DNA from: the human T2T-CHM13v2.0 reference genome, Homo sapiens
Assembly (NCBI RefSeq): GCF_009914755.1
Contig: NC_060930.1
Length of the DNA stretch: 64,000 nt
Reading direction: 5' to 3' (one strand)
Under the pieces are notes generated by a model that worked only from the letters and a program-made list of their open reading frames with translations, made no database searches and was not told the origin of the DNA. Position 1 is the stretch's first letter, and each line of letters opens with the position of its first letter. This document shows, one piece after another, positions 45,234-60,198 of this stretch. The position numbers and the translations under genes are program-made.

Positions 45234-45856
45234 GTGAGTGCTTATCTAGATGTTGTCTAAAATTATTTGCTTTCTTTGTTCACTTCACATGTTCTGTTTC
45301 TCTTTGAGTAATCTTCCTTTCAGATGATGAACCCACATAGTCCACCTTTCTCTGTTTTGGTCAGTGTTGAGTTCTGTAATGAATGGGATTTAATCATCCC
45401 AAGAATAGTCTTGGTATTTTCCTGGTAGTTTCTCAGATTCCTTTGATGATATACTTCCTTTGAGTGTACATACAGTGTTTGTGATTATATATATTTGTGT
45501 ATCCAAACTACAGAATAATGTAATTTCTAGTAAGGTACTTATAACAAAGAAAACTTAATAGTAATAATCAGTAATGAGATTAAACATTTTATATAGTATA
45601 GAGGAAAAAGGTAAATCAGACTGTTCTGCAGGGTGTGTTTTTCTGTAAATACTAAAGTTTTCTGTAAAGGCTATGAATTTTCAGTTAACCAGATTTTCAA
45701 GAATTCCTACTCTAGAATAAGATCTCTTAAGATTAAGAACCGGTAAGGATGCAGCAGCTGCTAGAAATATCTTGCCTAGCCAAGTTGTAATGGTGATTTT
45801 TAAACATAAAAACAAGGATATCTAATATTTGATTAAAAAAATTTTTTTTTCCTTAG

Positions 45857-45962
45857 GGTTGAGCTGTTGGATTATCTTGACAGTATTGACTGCAGTTTAG
45901 AGGACTTCCAGGCCATGCTATCAGGAAGACAATTTAGCATAGACCCAGATCTCCTGGTTGAT
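45857..45962 (+). CDS. HSF2: HSF2 exon 10 (HR-C)
   Basis: tttccttag|; (K)VELLDYLDSIDCSLEDFQAMLSGRQFSIDPDLLVD; GAT|gtaggt. Confidence 0.97.
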
Positions 45963-48900
45963 GTAGGTACTTTGGGTAATCTTTGCTATACTGGTAGTTT
46001 GTGTGTTTATGTATATTATTTAAAAACCAGTACGTCATTTTGTTTTGTATTCTACAGGTTGTTTTTGCATTTCTTTTTTAAATTAATAATTTTGTTTATC
46101 AGAAAGAATGAAAAAATAGGTTTGGGACATTGAAGGAGTGTGATTACCACCTGCCTTGGAGTAGCAATTGAACTAATTTCCCTGTGAGAACATATCAGAT
46201 CTTTTCAGCAGTACTGTTAAGTTCATGTCTTGTCTGGACTTGTTGCTCTTTTCTGTTTTGCTCTAGAATGAATTGTCAGTAAATAGAAATTTGTGGAAAT
46301 TAGTAATAGAGGTACTTAGCTAGGAAATAGCATGGAGACACCTTTTGATACTTTGGGGATTAACATTTTTTACTCAAATATGTTTTAATATATTTGCCTT
46401 ATTTTTTACATTTTTATATTTTGAGTTACAAGGTTCCCCTGCTCCAGTCCCCACCACCATCCCTATGAAGTTGACTTCAATATTGACTGGACTGAGAATT
46501 CTTATCTACCGTTTCTGCCACTAACCACCTTTCTTACTCTATTCTCTCTTGTTCCTGCTATTCCTCCCTTCTTTATCTAAAGCTTCCTACGTGGTCTGGT
46601 CGCGCTTAGATGAATCTTGTTCTGTCTCCTATTTCCATTTTCTGTTGTGAACAGTTTTCTCTCTTTATCCTGGAAAATTTTGTTGTCTTTTTTTCTGTGT
46701 TTCTTTCCTTACATTGCAGCTTCTCTTACCCTTTTACAAGCCTCTCAGGCTAAACAAGAATTAGTTCTTTCTGCTCTTCAATCTTATTTCAAGTTCATTA
46801 ATTTACTGCATTACTCCTCTGCTTCTCACCAGTCCTTGTCAGTGCCCCAAGGACTTGTTCTTACTAAATTGTTAGCACCTCACAGAGGGGATTTTACTTT
46901 CTTTGAAGATTTCTTTTCCATTTTGACCTGTGTTTCTATCTTATGAATACATGTTAATTTGAATTTTGTATCCATGTTGATAACCTACTTCAACTTAGCG
47001 GTAACCTGACAGTGTTTTTTGATCCTATCAGCCTTTCTCCCTTCTTTAGATCCAGAGACCTTTCAAAATATTTTTCCTTTAGATCACCAAGAACGAAATA
47101 AAATTCTATAATTCTGGCCATGTTCAAATCCTTACAGTCTTCAGCTAGGTCATTTTAATTCAACTTTAAAACATTTGCCACATTTATTTGCCCTAAAGAC
47201 CTTATCCAGTCAACAACCCCTTATTCACAGAGGATAATTAACTATACTCTCATTCTCTCATAAGTAATGACTCTGTTTCCAATCTTGTATCCTTTCTTCT
47301 TAGAAGTAATTCCTTAAACCAATGTGTACCCCTATCCTTTGCCTCTGTATTTGTCTCCTCTATCCTTAATCTTTCCCGTCTGCCTTCAGTAGTTAGAGAT
47401 CTGCTCCATCTTAAAAAACAACCATTTTGACATCTTGCTTTGTTCATTTACCATTCTGCTTCTCTAACTCCTTTACTACAAAACTTTAGAAACGAGTGGC
47501 TGTATTTACCTCTTTTTTACTCTATTTTGTCTGAAGCTTTGTATTGTGTTGCTTATTAACTCAAACTCTGCACTGCCTGTGTTGTCTTGGTTTTTTTCAT
47601 TGTAAGTACGCTGTGTGTGATTTTTCTTTTCTTTTTGCTGTATTAGTCCATTGGGCTAGTGGAAAGTTTGTTTTGAATCAGACAAATTTGGGTTCTGTTA
47701 TAGGCTCATGTTACTTACTAGCTATGTTACTAACCTTTGAAAAGTTATTCTCTCTCGCCTAGTTTCTCCATTTGTTAAATGTTGCTAATGTCTAACATGA
47801 AGGGCTGTTGGCAAGAATTAGAAATAATTAACACTATTATTAACATTATTGGGCATTCTGTACAATAGAACTTTTATTGTTGATTTTAGAGGTGCTGTAC
47901 TTTTTTGTTCTCTCCCTGTCTCCCTAATCTTCTCTGTTTTATCTAAGAGCTTTTCTTTTTTCTACTATCTTCTACTTAAGGGCATCCCCTAATGCACCCA
48001 ATCTTTCAGCCTCTTTTACTTTTTCTATCTCTCTTCTTTTTCCATTCTTCCTCTGTGAAGAGATTTTGGCTTGTAAGATTGCTTTCAAATGTGTATATCC
48101 AGCTCTTAACATTTTTCTAAAGTAAACTGGACTTGTATTCTAATTCCGTTACTTTGGGATCATCAGTTAGCTCTTACCTCAGATTACTTGATTTAACAAT
48201 AAACTTCTTTATTCTCTGTATTAGTTACATTTTACAGCTTTCTGATTTTCTGTAGTGGTATTACTTCTATTTACTTAGGAGGATAGTTATCACAGAATCA
48301 CCTTGAATTCTCTTTCTCTCATCATTCACTAAATCCAGTTTTCTAAAATAGCATTCACAAGCCATCCCTATATTCTGTTTTCACTATTGCTTTTCTCATC
48401 CAAGACCCTCATTATTTTATCCTTGAATTACGCTGTATTGTCATAAATAAAAAGTCCACCTATGCTGCTTTGTTCTCTGAGATGACAAAAATGGTAAGAA
48501 TGTGAATAAGTGTGCTGAAAAGTTTACAGCTTCTCTCTGAAGAGTTTAGTACCAGTACTGGTAACCCAGAGTGGGGTCACAGCAGGAGAGGCCTGGCCTT
48601 AGAATTCAACCAGCTGTGTCAGCTTATATATGATCTACTTTTTCTACCATTTGTCTCCTAGGAATACATGTAGGATATCCCTGAGTTAGTGGGTAGGGGT
48701 TGCTGGGCAAAGAGGAGAATAGAGGAGCTTACAGTGCTGGTCCTCCTCAGATGCCACTCTCTGTAGGGACAAAATTTGGGTTAGGCTTCTTAGGCAGTGA
48801 TAAGCTAAACTGGCAGAGATTGATTATTATGAGTCACTATCTACTCTCAAGGATCTGAGCTTTCTTCCTTTTCTGAGGTTAGTAGTTGGTAAGAAAGGAG

Positions 48901-50178
48901 AAGGAAATAAAAAGGCAAAGCCAGGGAATTTTATAGGACTACCATGAATATGGAACTTTAAAGAGAGGAATCAGTGTCTAGAGAGAATGGAGGAAGAATC
49001 TGCCTGTGGCTTTTTTGCACCTCATTCTATCCTGTGAACCATTTGGTGTGTTCATTCTCATAAAAGGCTAACTCAGTGAGTGCATTTCATCATTCAGGCC
49101 ATTCCCAAGGCTCTTATTGCTGACAGGATGTGGCCTCTACTTTTCGAACCTATGTATATAACTTATTCAACTTAGAACTTCTGTGTTATTTCTATTTCTG
49201 GAACATATCCTACCTTCTTTGTTGATGCCGCTAGTATTATACCCGTGTGTTCTTCCCCTAGTCTTCTCCTTTCCAAGTTCTAACCTAATATTCTCCAGGT
49301 ACTGATATATATCACATAGTTTTATCAGCCCTTTTATTTCATTATGTATGTTTCTGTGTGCGCTTTCCTCCCTTCCCATTGTCTTAACTCCTTAGTGCTT
49401 TTGAGCGCCACCATCTTCTGTTAAAATACTGGATTATATCTGAACGTGTGTTGCTATTTGATGTTGGTCTTACCTTGTCCTTTAGATTGTAAGCTCCTAG
49501 AGAGCAGGAATGATGTCTTTATGATGTCAGTTATTTGTTAAAGATACTCAGTAAATTTCTATGGAATGAATGACTTTAAAGCTTATGACTTATAGTTACA
49601 TCTGTGAACTGGCTGGACTGAGGAGTGCAGTAAGCAGTGATCTTAGCACTTAAAATTTTCCTTGCGAGGTGTGGTGAAAAGAACCAACAAGTAGATATGC
49701 CATCTGTCAGAGGGCTTCACTTGAGGCATAGTTTAGGAGCCACTGTCATAGAGCAGATTCTGTAAATTTTTTACCTAACCAGGTATTCAGTGAAGGCTCA
49801 GTGTCAGGGCAGAGGTCTCAACCCTGCACACCACTTAAGGCCAAAGACATTTAGAGAAAAAAAATAAAGGAAATGAAATTGAATGATAAATAATGAAGAA
49901 GGGAGGAGGTGAAAACCACTATTTGTCTCAAGTGATTTACCCCAATGTTTTTTAGAGAAATTCTTACCACATGAAATTTTATCTAATGCATGGGCTAGCT
50001 TGTTCTGCTTTTGTTTGTTTTTCTTTCTGCTTTTCTCTTTCAAACTTGTTTAACTGTATAGAAGCTTCCTAGTGCAGGGGCTACATCTCTTCACCCAACA
50101 TGGCTGTATAAAATTTTGAACACACAATTATTTTTAATTATTTTTTAAACTTATCATCTTTCTTGTTTGGTCTTTCAG

Positions 50179-50232
50179 CTTTTCACTAGTTCTGTGCAGA
50201 TGAATCCCACAGATTACATCAATAATACAAAA
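50179..50232 (+). CDS. HSF2: HSF2 exon 11, 54-nt cassette exon distinguishing alpha (included) from beta (skipped)
   Basis: tctttcag|; LFTSSVQMNPTDYINNTK (18 aa, phase 0-0); AAA|gtaagt. The alpha/beta 18-aa difference is established knowledge. Confidence 0.96.
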
Positions 50233-51199
50233 GTAAGTTTTAATTCATGTTGCTCAGGACCCATAGCTATAAAAATCTACAAAAACGTCTCCTAATAAGT
50301 AGAGAGCAATGTCACTCCCAGCCACAAAAAGCATTTTATATTCTTACCCAGTATGTGTGATCAAGATAATAAAATTCTAGTTGAAAAATTAGCTTTTGGT
50401 TATGTGGTGAACTATTACCCACTTTTGGCACTTGTGGGATTAACTACCAGTATGAAATTAACTTCTTTTGGTGCTGGGAGATCACCTGACTAAACTTGGT
50501 ATATTGAAACCAATAACTAAAATATGATTTCTTCATGTTTTATGGGCAGCATTTTACATTCTTATTTTTCCTATTCTCAACTTTTTTATTAAAAAGTTAT
50601 AGTACCCATATTTTTTGTGAGTTCTATCATTAGCATAAAGTAAAAATTCAGGAATTCTTATTTATTGCAGAAAAGGGAAGTTGAAACGTGTGAATATTTG
50701 ACTTTTTTTAAGTAATAAGGATTTTTTTTTTGACATATAGGAACTGCACTTGGGCTTAGCAAGTGTTGACAAGAGATTTTGCGGAACTTGTTTTTAATGA
50801 GTAGTAAGGACAATTTGAAGTTATTAGAGCAGGTGTTTTATATCATTGTATTTTATATAACTTAATTGTCATGAATAGGTATACACTCCCTTTATCTTTT
50901 ATTTGTACCAAATTGTTTAGTAAGCCTTGTTAAAGGTAAATCAAGTCCAGATTCCAGATTAGTGAAGCCAGAATTTTATTTTGATTCTTTTTCTTTATAG
51001 TCCAAAAATGAGCACATCTCAAATAAATATAAGTGATTAGGGTGAGGGGTGGAATTTATACGATTATTGTCATGTGTAAGCCTGACCAGACTGTCTATAT
51101 CTTCAAAGTTACATTGTGGATAACTTAGAGCTTAAAAAATTTGTGAATTTGTGAAATAGGAAGTTGATTATACATTCAGTATTCAGATAATTTATATTG

Positions 51200-51411
51200 G
51201 AGGTTGGCATACTTTCTCCATAAAGGGGCAGCTAGTAAATACTTTTGGTTTTTCAGGCCATATGTTCTCTGTCATAACTATGCAGTTCTGCAATTGTAAT
51301 GTGAAAGCAGATACAGACAATATGTAAAAGAATGTGTGGTTGTGTTGCAAAAAAACTTCATTTACAGACAGGCAGCATGCTGAATTTGGCATATGGACCA
51401 TAAGTTTACCT
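51200..51411. mobile_element. MER58-like hAT MITE in intron 11
   Basis: ggttggcatacttt...taaaggg...tagtaaata...caggcca...gcagatacagacaatatgtaaa. Confidence 0.7.
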
Positions 51412-51896
51412 GGATTTATATTACAAGATTTTATATAACATGCTCTGTGTTTCAGTAAATATATTACTGAATGTTATTCTCATGGACCATTTAAGTTGAA
51501 TGGACCCATATCATTTGTTCATGTAGTGAATGTGCTTTGTTGTTTATTTGCGACTGGACATTGAGTCCTTATTTGTGGATCATCATCTTATTCCTGAAAC
51601 CAAGACCTTGATTATAGTTTTCAAAAACTATAAGCAGTTAAGCAACAAATTGCATTTTGCTCTACAATGCTGTAGAAAAATTACATTTGAGAGTGACTTT
51701 TCATTATAGTTCTGAATCTAGATTTTAATGTTTTCAAATAATTGGCACATCAGCTGTCCTTCCCTTGCTCATGACAGGTATTACATAACATGGATTACAA
51801 CACTTTCCTAATAAATCAGATGCCTTATACTTCTCAGTACAGCAATCTTAATTGGCCACTATGAATGAATAAGAATTTGCATGGGAAATGAAATCT

Positions 51897-52663
<767 letters not shown>

Positions 52664-53707
52664 AATCCATTTGTTATCAGGTTCTCATGTTTTAGAATAA
52701 CGGTGACGTCTTTGGAAAATACCTATTTTAGGAAGCCTAAAAATAAAGATGGTATTATTTCATTAATGTTTATATATTTATTGTGAATGCTAAGTGATGA
52801 AATATTTTTATGTACACTTTTGGAAAGGTTTCGTAGTTTTTATTATATCTTGGAGCCCTTATTTTCTCTTAAATCCTAAAACTTACACAGCTTCATTTTA
52901 TGTTAAATATCAGGGGAATTACTGGAATTAGTTTACAGTTGGTTACACCATATATATTTAGCCAGCATGTAGATCTGGGACTTGCAGATGTCTGGGACTT
53001 ACAGGAAAAATTAAGAACCTCTGCACCTCAGAGTTTGAACATGAAAGGAGCACTGAAGAAATTAACAATGGTAAAGATATAATTTCCCTACCACAGTCAG
53101 ATGTGAGGAGAGAAGAAAGTGGTTCAAAGAAGCAATTTAAATGACAGAAAAGAACTGACAGAGCTACAGAAAGGACAAGAAGAAACACCACCTCAACTTT
53201 GAGGCTTCTAAATAGTGATAAAGAGTTTTAAGGATGTCATTATGTCATCCTGAGCTACTCTAAATATGTTCACTTATGCTAAATATTCTGTTTATGAGTG
53301 AAATGTATAATACATTTTTTAAATCAAAACTACTTAAAATGAATTTAATTGCTTAGTTAATTATCTCTCAATTAACATTTTGAAACCAGTCATCTTTGAT
53401 TCATTCTGATCTTTTACTCGTGACAAATTCTATCTGTTCTGCTGCTGAAATCCCCCTTCATTTCATACTTAATATAGAACATCTTAATTCAGGTTCTTTG
53501 TTTTATCCCCTCAGTGACAGCAATAGTTCCTTAACCAGTCTTGTTATCTCTACTCAGATCTCTCTCTGTAGCCCATTTTTCCTGATGTTTCCCCATCTCA
53601 TATGTTTCAGATAATATACCAGTATTTACATATTGTATCAATTTTTCATTTTTTTCAGAAACATAAAATATGAAACAAGTACTTATATATATATTTTTTT
53701 CTTTTAG

Positions 53708-53792
53708 TCTGAGAATAAAGGATTAGAAACTACCAAGAACAATGTAGTTCAGCCAGTTTCGGAAGAGGGAAGAAAATCTAAATCCAAACCAG
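53708..53792 (+). CDS. HSF2: HSF2 exon 12
   Basis: tcttttag|; SENKGLETTKNNVVQPVSEEGRKSKSKP; CAG|gtaggt. Confidence 0.96.
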
Positions 53793-54203
53793 GTAGGTAT
53801 AAATATAGTATTCAGTCTCTGTAGGTTTTTTTAATCCTATGCAGAAACAAGTGCAAGCCGAGGGTAGTCTTAATTGAATATGCTGGCTTTAGTTCTGTGA
53901 ATAGTGTGTCGAGGTTCTAGTATATAGAGAAAGTTGAATTGGTGAGGTAACAATTCTTTAAGTTTTTTTTTTTTTATCCTATTTAACTTTAGGAAACTAA
54001 AGACCCCTCATTTCTTAATTGTTGAATAAGAGCTATTGACTTGCACATTTTAAAATTTATTGACATAGTGCATCATGTCATTTCTTGTTTGGCTATATGA
54101 GAGTAGTAATTGCCTATGTGTACATCTCTGTTTTCATTTTTTTCCCCTCAGCTTGAACTCAGTATAAGCTGGTGATAAAAGAGTGTTTTTCTGATCTTTA
54201 TAG

Positions 54204-54499
54204 ATAAGCAGCTTATCCAGTATACCGCCTTTCCACTTCTTGCATTCCTCGATGGGAACCCTGCTTCTTCTGTTGAACAGGCGAGTACAACAGCATCATC
54301 AGAAGTTTTGTCCTCTGTAGATAAACCCATAGAAGTTGATGAGCTTCTGGATAGCAGCCTAGACCCAGAACCAACCCAAAGTAAGCTTGTTCGCCTGGAG
54401 CCATTGACTGAAGCTGAAGCTAGTGAAGCTACACTGTTTTATTTATGTGAACTTGCTCCTGCACCTCTGGATAGTGATATGCCACTTTTAGATAGCTAA
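54204..54499 (+). CDS. HSF2: HSF2 exon 13 coding part (C-terminal activation region)
   Basis: tttatag|; (D)KQLIQYTAFPLLAFLDGNP...TLFYLCELAPAPLDSDMPLLDS-TAA. Confidence 0.97.
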
Positions 54500-55490
54500 A
54501 TCCCCAGGAAGTGGACTTTACATGTATATATTCATCAAAATGATGAACTATTTATTTTAAAGTATCATTTGGTACTTTTTTTGTAAATTGCTTTGTTTTG
54601 TTTAATCAGATACTGTGGAATAAAAGCACCTTTTGCTTTTCTCACTAACCACACACTCTTGCAGAGCTTTCAGGTGTTACTCAGCTGCATAGTTACGCAG
54701 ATGTAATGCACATTATTGGCGTATCTTTAAGTTGGATTCAAATGGCCATTTTTCTCCAATTTTGGTAAATTGGATATCTTTTTTTTACAAATACGACCAT
54801 TAACCTCAGTTAAATTTTTGTTTGTTTTCCTGTTTGATGCTGTCTATTTGCATTGAGTGTAAGTCATTTGAACTAATGGTATAACTCCTAAAGCTTTCTC
54901 TGCTCCAGTTATTTTTATTAAATATTTTTCACTTGGCTTATTTTTAAAACTGGGAACATAAAGTGCCTGTATCTTGTAAAACTTCATTTGTTTCTTTTGG
55001 TTCAGAGAAGTTCATTTATGTTCAAAGACGTTTATTCATGTTCAACAGGAAAGACAAAGTGTACGTGAATGCTCGCTGTCTGATAGGGTTCCAGCTCCAT
55101 ATATATAGAAAGATCGGGGGTGGGATGGGATGGAGTGAGCCCCATCCAGTTAGTTGGACTAGTTTTAAATAAAGGTTTTCCGGTTTGTGTTTTTTTGAAC
55201 CATACTGTTTAGTAAAATAAATACAATGAATGTTGAGTACTAGTGTCTGTTATGTGTCTTCTTTAGAGGTGACACTCACATGAAACAATTTTTTCTTCTC
55301 ATAGGAAGCAGTAGCTTTAAACTGTCTGTGGTTCATTATTCTCAATATGAATCATACCAAGATATTTGTGCCTCATCTCGAAAATATATTGTATATTGCA
55401 ACAAGGGAGAAATATAATCTCTAAATTTAATGTATTTTAAAGTTCTTTGTTTAAAAATTATACTGGGTTGCTTTCTATGTTTCTAATAAA
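54500..55490 (+). terminator. HSF2 3'UTR with multiple polyadenylation signals
   Basis: AATAAA at 54619-54624, 55168-55173, 55216-55221 and 55485-55490; U/GU-rich sequence follows the 55168 and 55216 signals. Confidence 0.75.
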
Positions 55491-56293
55491 AAAGTGAGAG
55501 AATTATGCCTCTCATTGTCCCAAATAGTGTAAGAATATTATCACTGGATGTCTGGAGAGAAGATAAGAGAAATAGTCAAATCACCTCTTTCCTTTGAAAC
55601 AGTTGCCCAAGAGAATTATGGAGACTTAATGCAAGGCCAGGGCACTTTATCATGTGAAGAATTTCACCTTTGGGCAAAGGGCTGAAAGCAGTACAATTAA
55701 TATTGTATAGGGCTATTTAATGAGTTTCAAGGCAGGTTTTCCTATTGGCCATATTCTGTCAGTGTCTTAGAATTTCTTTTATTATGATGTAAAGATTCAA
55801 AGTAAGGGCTAGCACAGAAGAATAGGAAAATTCCCTTAGGAGAGTTTTAGTTAGATCCTAAAATACTTGGCTCTGATGGTGGGATCTTGGTGAATTAATT
55901 CAAGACCCTACAACAGTGCTCTGCGTGAGCTGAAGAGGTTATGTTTCTAAGGGTGATAAGAGTTTAGAAACTGAGAGGAGAAAACCTTAAAAGACTTTTC
56001 TTCATTCCTTTCTCATTGTGAAATACAGTCAAGTTTCTTCTTCTTGGGGGCATTTTGGAACTCTAGAAGCACTTAAAAAATAATTTTGAAAAACTTGATT
56101 ATGACCCTGGTACTTTTAAAGTTGACATTTAAGATTTTTCATCTTAAGTTTAAATAGTTGGAAGGAATTTAGGATATAGTTAATATTGCTGTTTTAAAAC
56201 ATAATTGTTATATGTTTCTTTAACATTTACCTAAAGGAATTTGAATGCCATAGTGATTTGATCTCTATCATCCACTCTACTTCCTCCAAACAA

Positions 56294-56583
56294 TTTTTTT
56301 TTTGAGACAGACTTTCACTCTGTCGCCCAGGGTAGAGAGCAGTGGCGTGATCTCGGCTCACTGCAACCTCCGCCTCCCAGATTCAAGCGATTCTCTTGCC
56401 TCAGCCTCTTGAGTAGCTGGGACTACAGTCATGTGCCAACACACCTGGCTAATTTTTTATTTTTAGTAGAGATGGGGTTTCACCATGTTGGCCAGGCCGG
56501 TCTTGAACTCCTGACCTCAGGTGATCTGCCTGCCTCGGCCTCCCAAAGTGCCGGGATTACACGCATGAGCCACCGTGCCCGGC
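56294..56583 (-). mobile_element. Alu (AluS-like)
   Basis: Antisense Alu; TSD ttcctccaaa(c/g)aatttt. Confidence 0.95.
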
Positions 56584-57640
56584 TTCCTCCAAAGAATTTT
56601 ATCCTGCTTTTTTATGTTTGAAAGTTAGACAATGATGATCTTTCGTGACACCTCTTTACATCTAAATTTGAGATTGTTTCCCATAACTGTAAGATTCTAG
56701 GCATTAAAAAACTTTCCCTCCAATTTTATACTGTATAACTACACAGTGGATTAAAACCATATAAATATATATGGTAGAGACTTAACTGATTGCCAGACCG
56801 TTTCCTTTTCCTATCATGTGGCTAGATTATTTCCACCACTGCAGATGGGGTAGCCATGTAACTGAGTTTTAATCAGTAAAACAGGAGAAGTGATGTGTAG
56901 CACTTCCAGTTCTGGTGGTGTAACTTCCCCCATGCATTCCTCCCATGCCATTTACCCCTCCACTGGCTTGATGCAGAGTTGTATGTAGCTTTCAAATATA
57001 CAATCAAGAAGGAAAAAAATGGCTTCTTGAATTACTGCTTAGAGGAAGGCCACCTATCAGTCCTGGATAACCATTTTACACTTCAGGTGAGGGGAAACAA
57101 ACCTTTTTTCTACCTGAGTTTTTGGGGGTTGATCTGTTATAGCTTGTAATGTTTACTACAATTAGAGTCTAATTTTGATGATCTGTTAAACAAAAAGTTT
57201 TACCAAAAATATATCTTATAGTGGAATAAACAGCTCTTCCTGAGTTTTCATAATAAAAGTTAGTACCAATTTTATTCCTATTTTTGTTTTCACTGATGTT
57301 AAAATCCTGAGAATCTTTGTTTATAGTACAAAATGACAAGTAGATGAAAAAGCAGTTGTGTATAGTACTGTTAATTTTTTAATACCTTTAGAATTATGTA
57401 CCAGAATTCTATCAATTGATGACTCAGTTGGATCATCTTTCAATTTTGTTGAAAGCAAAATATTAGAAACCAGCTAAATCACAAAAAAAAGTTTTTTTAA
57501 CTCAGTGTCATCTCTTTCTCACCAATATTTTTAAATGTCCCTTTACCAATTGTCTGGAGATTTTTTTCCAAAGTGCATTGGTAAGATTCAGAATGGATAA
57601 GAGATATATCTTTGTTTTGTCAAGTATGAAAAGAATAATT

Positions 57641-57941
<301 letters not shown>

Positions 57942-57968
57942 AGAATAATTGTTAAAAAGGATGATGCC

Positions 57969-58273
57969 GGCCGGGTGCAGTGGCTGACGCCTGTAATCCC
58001 AGCACTTTGGGAGACCGAGGTGGGTGGATCACGAGGTCAGGAGATCAAGACCATCCTGGCTAACACGGTGAAACCCCGTCTCTACTAAAAAATACAAAAA
58101 ATAGCCGGGCATGGTGGCGAGCGCCTGTAGTCCCAGCTACTCCAGAGGCTGAGGCAGGAGAATGGCGTGAACCCGGGAGACGGAGCTTGCTTGCAGTGAG
58201 CTGAGATCGCGCCACTGCACTCCAGCCTGGGTGACAGAGCCAGACTCATGTCTCAAAAAAAAAAAAAAAAAAA
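57969..58273 (+). mobile_element. AluY
   Basis: Y-diagnostic text accatcctggctaacacggtg and gagaatggcgtgaacccgggag; TSD aaaaagga(tga)tgcc. Confidence 0.93.
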
Positions 58274-59453
58274 AGGATGCCTTGTCCTGAGGCCTGAGGC
58301 ACCGTTTCAGCCAGATCAGTTTTAGGAAAGAACACACATAGGAATGAAAGATGTGGTTTCTTTAAAAAACAATCTAGCTTGTGTGTACCAGAGGAAGTCT
58401 GCCTGTACTATCTGGGAAACTAGTACCACAGTGTGAAGACAGTGTAGGGGGTACCCCTCATTATCCCACTTCCAGCTTTTTTTTTTTTTTTTGTCTTAGG
58501 GAGATAGAACTAGGACCATAAAAGCTTGCGAATTACAGACAGCTAAATGTTCTTTTAGGTTGTGTCAGTATGTGTTTGATTACAGATGGCATAATCAGGA
58601 ATCTAGAGCTTGAGATGTGAGAAGAATGGTCTGCGACTGGAAAAATACCAAAATGACATTCACTATGACTTAACGTATATAAAAGGTCACGTTCAAGACT
58701 TAGAGCCTAAACCTTCATTTCAAGCACACATGAAGTATTTTTCGAGAATCAATATAGCATAGTAGGTCATAAAGTAAGTCAACAAACTTCTAAGAATTGG
58801 TATCAAACAGACTAACCACAATGCAAATAAGCTAGAAACCAGAAGAACCATTTTGAGCTTCTTTAACATTTCTGGAAATTGGAAAAGAACTGCTAAACTT
58901 TGGGGCCAAACAAAAAATGTTGGAAATACTGATGTTAATGATTAAAAAAAAAGAAAAGTACATGCCCAGATTTATGAGATGCAGTTTAAGTGATATCTAG
59001 AGGGGAAATCTATTCTTAAGTGCCTTTTTAAGAAAGGAATAAAAACAAAATGAGTGGACAAAAACCAAGTAAAATAAGCCAGAACTTGTTTATTGAAAAA
59101 GCACTAAAACAAAATATTTTGGTAAGATCGAGCAAGAAGACACAAATAGAGAATGGAAAAATGAAAATTTTATAAACGCAGTTGAAATTTGAAAATGTGA
59201 GGATATTATGAACAATTCATTTGAAAACTGACAAAATACACAAATTACTACGAGTATTTTACTCAAACTAATTGAAGATAGACATGTAATCCCACAGCTC
59301 CTAAATAGTTTCAGTAATTAAAAATTTCCCCCAAAGAAAAGCCTTTTATAGTAAGTTCCACTAACCTGTTCCATATGGTACCAATTCTTAATCTAACAGT
59401 TAACAGTTCATTCAAAATAATGGCAACAATGTATTTGATTTTGTACACATATA

Positions 59454-59456
<3 letters not shown>

Positions 59457-59483
<27 letters not shown>
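59457..59483. repeat. (GT)n microsatellite
   Basis: About 13 GT units. Confidence 0.95.
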
Positions 59484-59487
<4 letters not shown>

Positions 59488-60198
59488 GTCGTCATACTTA
59501 GGGGTGCTTATATATAAGTGGAATGACAGCAATGATACATGGGATAGGAAAGAGAAATTAGGATTATTTTGTTACTATAAGGTACACTGCCCAAGAAGCA
59601 GTATATTATTATTTGAAAGAGGGGTTGCATTATTTGTAAATCTATACTGCAAACACAAGGGCAACCACAAGAAAACCACGCTAGAAGAGAGAATAATAAA
59701 ATGCCAAATTAACACCATCAAAGGCACAAGACGAATGGAAGACAAAAATAGGAATAAAGAACAAGGTTAACAAATAGAAAACAGTAACATTATGGTAGAT
59801 GTTTATCCAAATATATAAATACTTTGAATGTCAAGGGTGTAAATGTACCAATTAAAAGATAGATTATTATATGGAAAAACTGGGCCAGTTTAAAAAAGAA
59901 AAAATTGTCAAAGCAGGATCAAAGAACAAAACCCAATTATATGTTGGTTACAAGCAACCCACTTGAAATGTAAAGAGACATACAAATTAAAGAGAGAAAA
60001 ATATGCCAGGCTAACACTAACCAAAATGAAGAAATAGGTATATTATAGAATAGCAGACTATACAGCAAGAATTACTATCAGGGATAATGATGAAAGGGGT
60101 CCATTCTCCAAGAAGACATGACTATCCTTAACATGTATGCACCCAAGAACAGAGGATCAGGATACATGAGGCAAAAACTGATAGAACTGCAGGGAGAA

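Noticed and set aside
45963-45972. Tandem donors GTAGGT after exon 10 (also after exon 12)
   Set aside because: A GT at +5/+6 is part of the normal donor consensus; no sign the shifted site is used
54148-54404. Antisense ORFs over exon 13
   Set aside because: Shadow frames of the real coding exon
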